From Parcubacteria group bacterium LiPW_30 (lineage in GTDB: Bacteria > Patescibacteriota > Minisyncoccia > Phycocordibacterales > VMEP01): a DNA stretch of 64,000 nt. The stretch's first letter is position 1. The number at the start of each line of letters is the position of its first letter. Where the stretch lies: NCBI GenBank assembly GCA_007375595.1, contig VMEP01000001.1:178816-242815 (forward strand), given 5' to 3'. The position numbers and the translations under genes are program-made. Shown here in pieces: positions 1-9,084 of the stretch. The notes under the pieces are model-generated. The model did no database searches, was not told where the DNA came from, and saw only the letters and a program-made list of their open reading frames with translations.

Positions 1-897
1 TCTGAGTAAACGTCCCAGAAGAAGTTTGATTTAGTTTAAGGGTTGTATTATTAAAGTAACTAGAGTTTGTCCCCCATTCGAACCAGCGGGTAGTGTTTGT
101 GCTACCATTTGGATCAACAAATCCTTGTAGAATTGCAAAAGTGTCACCATTCTGTACCGTCGAATAAGTCATCACAAAAGGTGTTTGCCCTGTATTTTGA
201 TTACAGTTGTAGTTGTTATAACCACAATTGTAATTGTAATTATTAGTTGTAAAAGACTGAGTTCCACCATAAACAACAGCACTACCTGAATTTTGTCCTA
301 CAGCTCGGTAATAATAGGTTGTATTTTGGTTTAAGGAATTATTAACTGAATAGAATGTTGTATTAACTGTACCAACATTTACTTGTGGGGTGGTGTTTCC
401 AAAGGAATTTGATGTTCCCCACTCAAACCAAACGTTTGTCATGACCCCTCCGTTTGAATTAACAGAACCCTGAAATGTTGCTGAGTTACTGGAGACATTT
501 GTTGGGGCGTTAGTTGTTATTGTTGGAGATGATTGATTTTGATTTTGCTGAGAACAAGAAAGAGTTGATGCGCTTTGGGTATTCGCATAAAAAATATTTT
601 GAGGAGTAGAAGAATCCCAGAAAACCAGCTGATACTGATAAGTAGAGTTACATGGAATATCAACTGTCTCTGAAACAATTTGTGTCCCATTAACAGCAGT
701 GCTTCTTGTTGGTGTTACGGAAGTAGAACCACCACCAATACTATATGAGAAATAGTAACCCGCAGTAGTAGCAACGCTTGACGTTATGTCACCGCGAAAA
801 GTAACACTATCTGCCAGAACAGGGCTCGCAAAAACTCCCGTTGCTAAAACAGTGACTGCGACAAAAAATGCTTTTGTTAGTGTTAGTGATTTTTTCA
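1..897 (-). CDS. secreted Asn/Thr/Ser-rich repeat protein, gene 3' end (C-terminus) truncated by window edge; signal peptide MKKSLTLTKAFFVAVTVLATGVFA; repeated WFEWGT(N/S)S motif
   Basis: Manually translated minus-strand frame is open from ATG at 895-897 to position 1. N-terminal hydrophobic signal. Absent from ORF track because there is no stop in window. Low-complexity N/T/S/Q/Y-rich with internal repeats. Confidence 0.55.
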
Positions 898-999
898 TAT
901 AATTGCTTGGTTTTTTATAATATCAATAATCTATCATAAAACATACAAAAAGTCAATGGGTGGAGAAATTATCTAAACTTAAAGATCCTTGTAAGAAAA

Positions 1000-1043
1000 A
1001 ATACATAAAAAGCAAAAAGGGAGGGCGTAAACGTCCTCCCTTG
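1000..1043 (-). terminator. rho-independent terminator downstream of lipoprotein gene 1087..2067
   Basis: GC hairpin agggagggcg-taaa-cgtcctccct followed on minus strand by a T-run. Confidence 0.45.
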
Positions 1044-1086
1044 TTCCAAACAAAGAACTGTTTTCCTCTTGTCGACAAGGACCCTG

Positions 1087-2067
1087 TTACATGGTCCTGC
1101 CACTGAAGGAAGTTTGTGGCAAAGTTCTGCCACTGAATGACGACTGTGGCAAAGTTCTGCCACTAATCGTCGGTACAACTTGCGGAAAGGTGTTGCCACT
1201 AATCGTCGGTCCGGAAACATACGCTTGCGCCGGCTGAACAACGTACGGAGCGCCGATAACAGCACCGCTGTTCCCGATCCATCCGCTAAAGCCGACGTAG
1301 CCACCGCCGCAACCGTCGTAACAACCACTCGCGACCGCAACAGGCCTTTCCGTGATGACTTCCTTCATCACCACGATGCTCTTGCGATACCAGCCAGTTT
1401 CTGGCGCTTTGGTGGGGCCCGCCACGGCGAAAATCCGGTACTCCTTTTCCACGACCTTGTCTTCCTTGCCGGTTGGCAAGTATGCGATCTCTTTGGCGGG
1501 ATTGCCACAGTCATCGCGTGCGTAGATTTTGAGTTTTCCGTCTTTTACATCAAAACGGAACTTGTCGCCGTCTTTTTGGGCAACCCACTGCCATCCATGA
1601 ACAGTGAACATGTGAACGCAGGCATCCTTTTCAATCGGCATAACCTGACGCCCTTCCCCGTCCGCGGCCGGCAATTTTTTCGAATACTTCGCCTTCGGTA
1701 CATAGTACCGATACTCCCCGCTCTCAAGGGCAGCTAAACACTGCACCTTTTTGTCGAAAGTGTCAACCCCAACCCCTTTGGAAGGAACCGGAGAGACAAC
1801 CTTTGACACCAGCTTGTATTCCGTCTTTCTGGGCAATGCCCCCTCGTTTGAGGGAATGCATTCACCAAGGTTGTTTCCCTTGGTGTCTGCGCGACAGTCA
1901 ACAAACTTGATGCGACCAGAGACTGGGGAACGGCCCCCGTCATTCAGAGGAACTGCCAGAACCGTCTTCGTCGAAGGTTCCGTACTCCCCGTTTTGGTCT
2001 CTATCCCAGCGCAAGCCGAAAGGAAGACCGCCATGAACAATGCCAACAGATTCAATTTGCGTGTCAT
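1087..2067 (-). CDS. lipoprotein (signal peptide with LSAC lipobox) carried on GC-rich island; C-terminal tandem repeats FSGRTLPQ(S/T)S x3
   Basis: 326 aa ORF. N-terminus MTRKLNLLALFMAVFLSAC matches the lipoprotein signal/lipobox pattern. Coding DNA is conspicuously GC-rich relative to the window. No family recognised. Confidence 0.6.
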   Translation of the reverse strand: MTRKLNLLALFMAVFLSACAGIETKTGSTEPSTKTVLAVPLNDGGRSPVSGRIKFVDCRADTKGNNLGECIPSNEGALPRKTEYKLVSKVVSPVPSKGVGVDTFDKKVQCLAALESGEYRYYVPKAKYSKKLPAADGEGRQVMPIEKDACVHMFTVHGWQWVAQKDGDKFRFDVKDGKLKIYARDDCGNPAKEIAYLPTGKEDKVVEKEYRIFAVAGPTKAPETGWYRKSIVVMKEVITERPVAVASGCYDGCGGGYVGFSGWIGNSGAVIGAPYVVQPAQAYVSGPTISGNTFPQVVPTISGRTLPQSSFSGRTLPQTSFSGRTM

Positions 2068-2149
2068 GATGACACCTCCTTTTCAATTTTCAATCGGCAA
2101 GATTGCCGAACTGATTTCTAGCGAAAGACTATCATAATTTTCATGTTTT

Positions 2150-2192
2150 GTCAACACAAAAATTAAAAGGGGTACGATTGCTCGTACCCCTT
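2150..2192 (-). terminator. rho-independent terminator after lipoprotein gene 2213..2695
   Basis: Perfect hairpin ggggtacgattgctcgtacccc, followed on minus strand by ttttaattttt. Confidence 0.5.
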
Positions 2193-2212
2193 GTTTTGCC
2201 CACATGGACACC

Positions 2213-2695
2213 CTAGCAAAGGCTAGGGAACATCGACCAAGTGGACTGACAGCCACGCGGTTGTTGACCACGGGAAGGCTGAATTTGCCCTTGATAACCA
2301 GTGGCGCCGGTTGCGCTTGAGCTTCCTGCAACACCGCTATACGGCGCTGCCGCTTGGGCACAAGCTTCTGGCCGACCGCCATTTTCAAGACACGCGGCGA
2401 TGATTTCTGCTGCCGCCAAACGCCTGGCCGCATCAGCCCGGCCGACCGCGGCTCCGATTTCACTCGGAACCCGTGGCTTGTTGATCAACCGACCTTCGTG
2501 ATTCAGAAACATGCCGTTGCCCCCACTTGTCTTTTCGGGGGTACGACACACTTCTTTGCCGCCGACGATATGGCATTCTTGATCAATGATCACTGGCTCG
2601 TAAGACGTCGTTCGTTCAACCTGTTGCTGTTGGGTTGCACACCCGGCGAGAGCGAGTATCGCCATCACCGATAAAAACATTTTCATCTTGGACAT
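2213..2695 (-). CDS. lipoprotein (MSKMKMFLSVMAILALAGC lipobox), GC-rich island gene 2
   Basis: The ORF track extends to 2863 through AT-rich sequence. The internal ATG at 2695 is preceded by GGAG and followed by a classic lipoprotein signal. Cys-rich mature part. No family recognised. Confidence 0.55.
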   Translation of the reverse strand: MSKMKMFLSVMAILALAGCATQQQQVERTTSYEPVIIDQECHIVGGKEVCRTPEKTSGGNGMFLNHEGRLINKPRVPSEIGAAVGRADAARRLAAAEIIAACLENGGRPEACAQAAAPYSGVAGSSSATGATGYQGQIQPSRGQQPRGCQSTWSMFPSLC

Positions 2696-2965
2696 GGCTG
2701 TCTCCTCTGCGAAATAGTTTAGAAAGAAGCTTTTAAATCTGCCTGTATTATTAGCATGATTTAAATAAAAAGTCAAGTTTTTCTTAATATCCGCCCCTAA
2801 AATGCGCGTATAATTTTCTGCTGAAAATTTACTATACTCGCCTCGCCAGGCTCCGTAATGCATTTTAGAGACGGATATTGGTATTTAAAAGAAAAGAATC
2901 TTGTTACCCTTTAGCCTTTGGGCATCACTAATTTAAAAAATTTAGGTTTTCTAAAAAACTAGGAC

Positions 2966-3051
2966 TTTTCCTTTTTAAAAACATTACGGAGCGCTCGGCG
3001 CAAGTATAGAAAAATTCAGCAGAATTTTATCGTGTTTTTAAAAAGGAAAAG
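2966..3051. repeat. 86-bp element with 18-bp terminal inverted repeats CTTTTCCTTTTTAAAAAC flanking two GC hairpins (copy 1 of 2; MITE-like or structured intergenic RNA)
   Basis: Arms at 2966-2983 and 3034-3051 are exact reverse complements. Interior contains acggagcgctcggcgc and the hairpin aaaattcagcagaatttt. A second copy lies at 7416-7502. Confidence 0.6.
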
Positions 3052-3103
3052 TAAAAAATAAACACCCTTTAGTTTAAAGACAAAATAAAGTATTATTTGA
3101 GGA

Positions 3104-4804
3104 ATGCAAGAATTTGATGATAAAAAACAAGACGACCGTTTATCTTTTTTACGAAAGAAAGAAGAGGAGGATCTTATAAAAATACTATCTGACAAATATG
3201 GGATACCTTACATAGACCTCTCTACTGTTTCAATTGAAGGCGATGCTCTTAAAATAATCTCTGAAGAAAAAGCTCGAGCAGCTGAAATTGCACCATTCCA
3301 GTTAATAAACAAAAAGGCCTTTATTGCTGTTCGCTCCCCTGATCGCAATGACACAAAAATAGCTTTGGAGGAAATTTCTTCAAAAGGATATTTCCCAACT
3401 TTATTTATCACCTCAACGGCAAGCCTAGAACGAGTTTGGGGGCGCTATAAAGAAGTTTCTTTTGCTTCTGAGTCAAAATCTGGACTTCTTGATGTTTCTG
3501 CTGAATTTCTAAACGAAGCATTTGAGAAAATAAAAACAATTCCCGACATAACCAATATGGTTAATGATGTTTTAAGCAAAACTGGTGGACACAAAATATC
3601 GGTGATGTTGGAAATTCTTCTTGCGGGATCAGTTGCTGTTGGAGCATCCGATATTCATATAGAACCAGAGGATGAAAATGTTCATATTAGGGCACGTCTT
3701 GATGGTGTTCTTGAAAACCTTCTCACTATAAACTATGAAACCTACAAACTTCTTTCTTCTAGAATTAAACTACTTTCTGGACTAAAACTAAATGTTAAAG
3801 CTTCTGCTCAAGACGGACGATTCAGTATCAAATTAAACGAAAAAGAAATTGAAATACGTTCTTCTGTTATTCCGGGAGCATATGGGGAATCTTTTGTTAT
3901 GCGTGTTTTAAACCCAGAAAATATTGCTGTCCCATTTGAAGAGTTGGGTGTGAATAAATACCTTTTTGAAATTATTGAGAAAGAACTAAAACGCCCTAAT
4001 GGAATTATCTTAACCACCGGACCAACCGGCTCCGGAAAGACAACAACCCTCTATGCTTTTTTGCGTAAAATTTATTCTCCTGGAAACAAGATGATTACCA
4101 TTGAAGATCCGATTGAGTATCACTTAGAAGGAATCACTCAAACTCAAACAAACGAAGAGAAGGGTTATACCTTCTTGGAAGGGTTGAGGTCAGCCTTGCG
4201 CCAAGATCCAGACGTAATAATGGTTGGTGAAATTCGAGACACCGAAACAGCAAAAATTGCTATTAACTCCGCACTAACAGGACACTTAGTTTTTTCAACA
4301 CTACACACAAACACCGCAGCTGGTGCTATTCCAAGACTAATAGACCTAGGGGTTGATGCTAAAATAATCAGCTCTGCTCTTAATGTCTCCCTTGCTCAAC
4401 GTTTAGCTCGCAAACTTTGTTCTTCTTGTAAAAAAGAATCTCCTGCCACAGACGACGAAAAAAGAATTTTAACTGCCGTTGTCGAGAGAATTAAGGAAGA
4501 GAAAAAGGAGTATGCATTAGAACCAATTGAGTCTCTTCTCCCTGTCACGAATCTTTTCCAACCAGTTGGTTGTGAAAAATGTAACAACACTGGGTTTAAG
4601 GGCCGTGTTGGTATTTACGAAGCAATCCTTACGGATGAAAACATAGAAAAAGCTATCACCGAAAACCCAACAGAGAGAGAATTGAAAAAAGCGAGTTTAT
4701 CGCAAAGGATTCTTGATTTACAAGAAGACGCTACTATTAAAATCATACAGGGAATAACCTCACTTTCAGAAGTTAGTCGTGTTGTCGATCTAGAGGAGGT
4801 CTAA
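3104..4804 (+). CDS. pilB: type IV pilus assembly / type II secretion ATPase, GspE/PilB family (stand-alone paralog)
   Basis: 566 aa. Walker A TTGPTGSGKTTTLYAFL, DPDVIMVGEIRD, and C-terminal CxxC...CxxC tetracysteine motif typical of PilB/GspE. N-terminal GspE-N domain. GAGGA RBS upstream. Confidence 0.85.
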   Translation: MQEFDDKKQDDRLSFLRKKEEEDLIKILSDKYGIPYIDLSTVSIEGDALKIISEEKARAAEIAPFQLINKKAFIAVRSPDRNDTKIALEEISSKGYFPTLFITSTASLERVWGRYKEVSFASESKSGLLDVSAEFLNEAFEKIKTIPDITNMVNDVLSKTGGHKISVMLEILLAGSVAVGASDIHIEPEDENVHIRARLDGVLENLLTINYETYKLLSSRIKLLSGLKLNVKASAQDGRFSIKLNEKEIEIRSSVIPGAYGESFVMRVLNPENIAVPFEELGVNKYLFEIIEKELKRPNGIILTTGPTGSGKTTTLYAFLRKIYSPGNKMITIEDPIEYHLEGITQTQTNEEKGYTFLEGLRSALRQDPDVIMVGEIRDTETAKIAINSALTGHLVFSTLHTNTAAGAIPRLIDLGVDAKIISSALNVSLAQRLARKLCSSCKKESPATDDEKRILTAVVERIKEEKKEYALEPIESLLPVTNLFQPVGCEKCNNTGFKGRVGIYEAILTDENIEKAITENPTERELKKASLSQRILDLQEDATIKIIQGITSLSEVSRVVDLEEV

Positions 4805-4829
4805 TTTTTTACCCAAAGTCTTGAAAAAC

Positions 4830-4860
4830 AAAAAAACACCGATAATTCGGTGTTTTTTGG
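4830..4860 (+). terminator. rho-independent terminator after pilB
   Basis: Hairpin acaccgataattcggtgt followed by a T-run. Confidence 0.55.
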
Positions 4861-5081
4861 AGATAAGAGTACAAACCTCTAAGTAATCCTTTCCGCAAAA
4901 GAGTGGAAAGGGAGAGAGTATCTGCAAGGATAGTCTCAGCAAACACGCAAGCGTGCAACCAAAAACGTCCTCCAAACCCCTCCGGCAAGACACTAGGTCT
5001 CATTACTTAGAGATTTCTGCCCTCATCTAGAAAAGTGCTATAATTAGCTACGTTTCAATAAACTATCATAGTTATTAAAAT

Positions 5082-6134
5082 ATGTCAATAGGAAAAAATC
5101 CCAACACAAAAAGTTCCCTAAAAACAGAGACGGGTAACAAGGAAGAGCGAGACGACTCATTTCTAGATCAAACCCTCCGACCTTCACGTTGGGATGAATA
5201 TATTGGCCAACAAAACATCAAAGAAAACCTAAGAATTCTTTTAACCGCAGCAAAAGAACGTAACCATCCACCAGAACATATTCTTTTTTATGGACCTCCA
5301 GGACTTGGGAAGACAACTCTTGCTTATTTAATTGCCAAAGAAACAGGGGCGCAAATTAAAGTGACTTCTGGTCCCGCGATTGAAAAAGTTGGTGACCTTG
5401 CTTCTATTCTTACCAACCTACTTCCTGGTGATATTCTTTTTATCGATGAAATTCATCGTTTAAATAAAACTATCGAAGAAGTTCTCTATCCTGCTATGGA
5501 ATCTGGCTCACTTGATATCATTATTGGCAAAGGACCTTCCGCTCGCACAATCCAACTTGAGCTCCCGGCTTTCACATTAGTCGCCGCAACCACTCGAATT
5601 GCTTTATTGTCTGCCCCACTTCGCTCTCGTTTCTCTGGAGGAACATTTCGCCTCGAGTTTTATAGCGAAGACGAGATTAAAAAAATTATTGACCGCTCGG
5701 CAAATATTTTGGGAACATCACTTGTAAAAGAAGCTTCTCAAGCAATCGCCAAAAGAAGTAGATTTACTCCGCGTATGGCAAATTATTTACTAAAACGCTG
5801 TCGCGACTTTGCCCAAGTCCACAAAAAATCACTTTCGGAAGAGATAGTTAGTGATGCCTTAAAACTTCTTGGAGTAGATGACCTCGGTCTTTCTTTTTCC
5901 GACCGCCAAATACTTAACGTAATTATTGATAAGTTTAGGGGAGGACCTGTTGGCTTAGGGACAATCGCTGCGGCAACTGGTGAGGAAGAAGCAACAATTG
6001 AAGAAGTCATCGAGCCGTATTTAATTCAACTAGGACTTCTTGAGCGTACTACGAGAGGTCGCGTGGCAACGCCCCGTGCCTACGAACATCTTGGTTTTAA
6101 AATGCCATCAGATATACAAGAAAAACTCATCTAG
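5082..6134 (+). CDS. ruvB: Holliday junction branch migration helicase RuvB
   Basis: 350 aa. AAA+ motifs LFYGPPGLGKTTLA and FIDEIHRL. RuvB C-terminal winged helix. Confidence 0.9.
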   Translation: MSIGKNPNTKSSLKTETGNKEERDDSFLDQTLRPSRWDEYIGQQNIKENLRILLTAAKERNHPPEHILFYGPPGLGKTTLAYLIAKETGAQIKVTSGPAIEKVGDLASILTNLLPGDILFIDEIHRLNKTIEEVLYPAMESGSLDIIIGKGPSARTIQLELPAFTLVAATTRIALLSAPLRSRFSGGTFRLEFYSEDEIKKIIDRSANILGTSLVKEASQAIAKRSRFTPRMANYLLKRCRDFAQVHKKSLSEEIVSDALKLLGVDDLGLSFSDRQILNVIIDKFRGGPVGLGTIAAATGEEEATIEEVIEPYLIQLGLLERTTRGRVATPRAYEHLGFKMPSDIQEKLI

Positions 6135-6369
6135 TAGCTTTTAGGTCATAGCTGTTAGCTAATTAGAAAAACCGAGCTCAACCCCAGCCATATTTTTACA
6201 AAATAATTACTGGCGGGGCGCTTCGCCGTATGAGGATTGTCCTATTCGGACACGCACCCCGCGAGACAAAAATTTACCCAGTGGTATAGTGACATTATTA
6301 CAAAATATAACAGTAAAAATATAGCGGGGTGATGATTTTAATAGTCGTTTCACTCCTTAAAAATCAATC

Positions 6370-6900
6370 ATGTCTGGTCACTCAAAATGGTCTCAAATAA
6401 AAAGACAAAAAGGTAGCGAAGACGCAAAACGTAGTAAAGTTTTTGCGAAACTTGCTCGTGCAATATCCCAAGAATCAAAAAGGGTTAAAGGAGATATTAG
6501 CTCCCCTACTCTACGTGTGATGATTGATAAGGCAAAAAAAGAAAACATGCCTAAAGACACAATAGAGCGCGCCGTTAAAAAAGGAACGAGCGCCGATATG
6601 GGAGAATTATTTGAAGTTATGTATGAAGCTTATGGTCCTGGTGGTTCAGCAATACTTATCGAAGGATTAACCGACAGTAAAAACAGAAGCGCTGCTGAAA
6701 TTAAACATTTACTTTCTTTACACGACGCATCGTTTGCCTCACAAGGAGCTGCTGCTTGGGCTTTTAAAAAAGAAGGAGAGGAGTGGGTTCCACAAACAAC
6801 TGTTCCTCTTTCAGACGAGGATGGAAATAAACTTTCTGTCTTAATTGAAGAACTGGAAGAAAGAGATGACGTTCAGGGTGTTTATACTAACGGAAACTAG
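6370..6900 (+). CDS. YebC/PmpR-family DNA-binding regulator (short form)
   Basis: N-terminus MSGHSKWSQIKRQKG is the YebC family signature. Located between ruvB and ruvC, as in many bacteria. Confidence 0.8.
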   Translation: MSGHSKWSQIKRQKGSEDAKRSKVFAKLARAISQESKRVKGDISSPTLRVMIDKAKKENMPKDTIERAVKKGTSADMGELFEVMYEAYGPGGSAILIEGLTDSKNRSAAEIKHLLSLHDASFASQGAAAWAFKKEGEEWVPQTTVPLSDEDGNKLSVLIEELEERDDVQGVYTNGN

Positions 6901-6912
6901 TATTATCTAATT

Positions 6913-7389
6913 ATGCGTATCATCGCGATTGATCCAGGTCTTGAGAGAGTTGGTATCGCCATACTAGACAAAGAGCGGGGTGGTAAAGAAACTCTTGTTT
7001 TTTCGGAATGTTTTAAAACAAAATCTTCTTTAACACTTTCAGAAAGACTCAACTTAATTGGAGTTCATTTAAACGAGATTATTTTGGAATACAAACCAGA
7101 GGCCCTCGCAATTGAATCTCTTTTTTTCACAACCAATCAAAAGACTGCAATGGTGGTATCTCAAGCTCGTGGAGTTATTATTTACGAAGGTGCTAAAAAT
7201 AATCTTCCCATCTATGAATATACCCCCCTTCAGATAAAAGTAGCTGTCACTGGATATGGAAAGGCCACAAAAACACAAGTTGATTCAATGGTTCAAAAAC
7301 TAATAATCATCTCTAAAAAGATAAAATCGGACGACGAAATGGACGCTGTTGCCATAGGCCTAACCTGTTTTGCCTGCATAAGAAGTTAA
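6913..7389 (+). CDS. ruvC: Holliday junction resolvase RuvC
   Basis: 158 aa. MRIIAIDPGLERVGIAILD with catalytic Asp. Sits in the ruvB-yebC-ruvC neighbourhood. Confidence 0.85.
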   Translation: MRIIAIDPGLERVGIAILDKERGGKETLVFSECFKTKSSLTLSERLNLIGVHLNEIILEYKPEALAIESLFFTTNQKTAMVVSQARGVIIYEGAKNNLPIYEYTPLQIKVAVTGYGKATKTQVDSMVQKLIIISKKIKSDDEMDAVAIGLTCFACIRS

Positions 7390-7415
7390 ACGAGGGTGGT
7401 CAAAATCAAACACGT

Positions 7416-7502
7416 CTTTTCTTTTAAAAAACCTTACGGAGCGCGACGAGCGCGAGTAGAGAAAAACCCAGCAGGGTTCTATCGTGTTTTTTAAAAGAAA
7501 AG
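7416..7502. repeat. second copy of the TIR-flanked GC-hairpin element (arms CTTTTCTTTTAAAAAAC)
   Basis: Same architecture as 2966-3051. Contains ttacggagcgcgacgagcgcgag and a variant hairpin aaacccagcagggtt carrying compensatory changes relative to aaattcagcagaattt. Confidence 0.55.
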
Positions 7503-7645
7503 ATAAAAGACGCCTTATCCACACTTTTTAACTAAAAACATTGCGCTTTTTTTTGTTTTTGATACAACAGTGGGAGTTAGGGGTTTAAATTGAAAAATAT
7601 TGTTTAATTAAATGTGTATTTTATAAATTAAGTTTTTAACTTTAT

Positions 7646-7798
7646 ATGGATGACGAAATGAAGGAACCATTGTCCGAAGAAGCCCTAGATGGCATTTTGG
7701 GAGATGATCTCTTAGGAGATGACGGTCTACCAGATGACCTAGATGCTGATGACCTCGGCAGTGCTCCAATCAGCGAAGAAGACGAAGAAGTTTGGTAG
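7646..7798 (+). CDS. small (50 aa) extremely acidic protein MDDEMKEPLSEEALDGILGDDLLGDDGLPDDLDADDLGSAPISEEDEEVW
   Basis: ATG at 7646, TAG at 7796-7798, followed immediately by a strong terminator. Too short for the ORF track. Composition D/E/L-rich with DDL repeats. Confidence 0.35.
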   Translation: MDDEMKEPLSEEALDGILGDDLLGDDGLPDDLDADDLGSAPISEEDEEVW

Positions 7799-7800
7799 AA

Positions 7801-7829
7801 AAAAGCGGGACAATGTGTCCCGCTTTTTT
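7801..7829. terminator. bidirectional rho-independent terminator between acidic small ORF (+) and tyrS (-)
   Basis: Hairpin agcgggaca-atgt-gtcccgct with flanking A-run and T-run. Confidence 0.55.
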
Positions 7830-9026
7830 CTATTTAATACCGATCTTTATAAATCTTCTTTTACCAACTCGAAGTGTTACCGGGTTTGAAATCTTAAAAT
7901 AAGGATCTGTTATTTTTTCTTCCGTATCCATGTTTAAAACAGCTGACTCTAAGACCAATCTCTTCCATTCATTTTTTGAAGAAATAATTTTTTCTTTAAG
8001 TAACACTTCAACCAAAAGTTCTCCTTTATTAACCGCGACAGAAACTGCATCCTCTGAAACTCCACCCTTCTGGAAGGTCTTAATAAAATCATCTTCAGCT
8101 TCTTTTGCCTTTTTTGCTCCATGATAAAGAGAAACAATTTCTCTGCCGAGCCTCATTTTCGCGTCACGTGGATTTTCACCACTATCAATTGATTCCTTAA
8201 TGCTATTTATTTCCTCATCAGAAAGTCTGGTGCAAAGCGTGAAGTATTTCAAAATTAAATCATCTCGCACCGCCATAACCTTTCCATACATGTCATTTGG
8301 TTCATCTAAAAGATTTATGACGTTTCCCCAAGAAGAAGACATTTTTCTCCCATCTGTTCCCTCTAACATCTGGCAATTCATTATGTCTTGTTCTTCCTGT
8401 CCATAATGTTTTTGAATTGTGCGCCCAGCTTTTAAATTAAACAGTTGATCAAAACCACCAAGCTCAACATCGGCTTTTACAGCAACAGAGTCATATCCCT
8501 GCATCAAAGGGTAAAGAAATTCTCTTAGTGAAATTTCTTCACCTTTTTCAATACGATCAGCGAAATTCCTACGATGCGACATTTGTTGCAATGAAAAACA
8601 CTCTGCCAACTCAGCCACATCGTTAAAATTCAACTTTCTTAGCCATTTCGAATTAAAATGAAACTCTGCTTTTCTTAAATCTAAAACTTTTCCAACCTGA
8701 GCTCTATAATTTTTTAAATTATCTTTTACCTTCTTCGCAGTAAGCATTGGCCTCTTTTCCAATTTGTCTGATGGATCTCCCACTAATGCCGTAAAATCTC
8801 CAACGATAAAAACAACCTTATGCCCAAGATCTTGAAATTCTCGAAGTTTCCATAAAACAATTGCTCTCCCTATGTGTAAAAAAGGAGATGTTGGATCAAA
8901 CCCAAGTTTTACCCTAAGTTGTTTTCCAGAACGAAGCTTTTTTTCTAATGATTCCTTAACAAATACTTCCTCAACTGCATGGCTAAGTAGGTGCTTGATT
9001 TTTTCCTCATCAACGCTAACTTTCAT
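7830..9026 (-). CDS. tyrS: tyrosyl-tRNA synthetase (class I; C-terminal S4-like domain)
   Basis: GFDPTSPFLHIGR (HIGH region), GDFTALVGDPS, YPLMQGYD, GGFDQ and KMSSS motifs. C-terminal LRVGKRRFIKI S4-like tail. Length 398 aa fits TyrS rather than TrpS. Confidence 0.8.
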   Translation of the reverse strand: MKVSVDEEKIKHLLSHAVEEVFVKESLEKKLRSGKQLRVKLGFDPTSPFLHIGRAIVLWKLREFQDLGHKVVFIVGDFTALVGDPSDKLEKRPMLTAKKVKDNLKNYRAQVGKVLDLRKAEFHFNSKWLRKLNFNDVAELAECFSLQQMSHRRNFADRIEKGEEISLREFLYPLMQGYDSVAVKADVELGGFDQLFNLKAGRTIQKHYGQEEQDIMNCQMLEGTDGRKMSSSWGNVINLLDEPNDMYGKVMAVRDDLILKYFTLCTRLSDEEINSIKESIDSGENPRDAKMRLGREIVSLYHGAKKAKEAEDDFIKTFQKGGVSEDAVSVAVNKGELLVEVLLKEKIISSKNEWKRLVLESAVLNMDTEEKITDPYFKISNPVTLRVGKRRFIKIGIK

Positions 9027-9084
9027 ATCGAAAACTTTATCACAAAACCCTTTATTTGTCTTACTGTAAAGGATTTCACATGGT

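Noticed and set aside
1180-1737. 185-aa plus-strand ORF (and other 60-130 aa ORFs at 969..1340, 1545..1727, 1734..1943, 1751..2137, 2083..2463, 2301..2674) inside the GC-rich island
   Set aside because: High GC content produces long spurious ORFs in all frames. All overlap the two lipoprotein genes, which have signal peptides and their own terminators.
2696-2863. N-terminal extension of ORF 2213..2863 (MHYGAWRG...)
   Set aside because: The extension lies in AT-rich sequence outside the island. A perfect lipoprotein signal begins at the internal ATG at 2695, which has a GGAG RBS.
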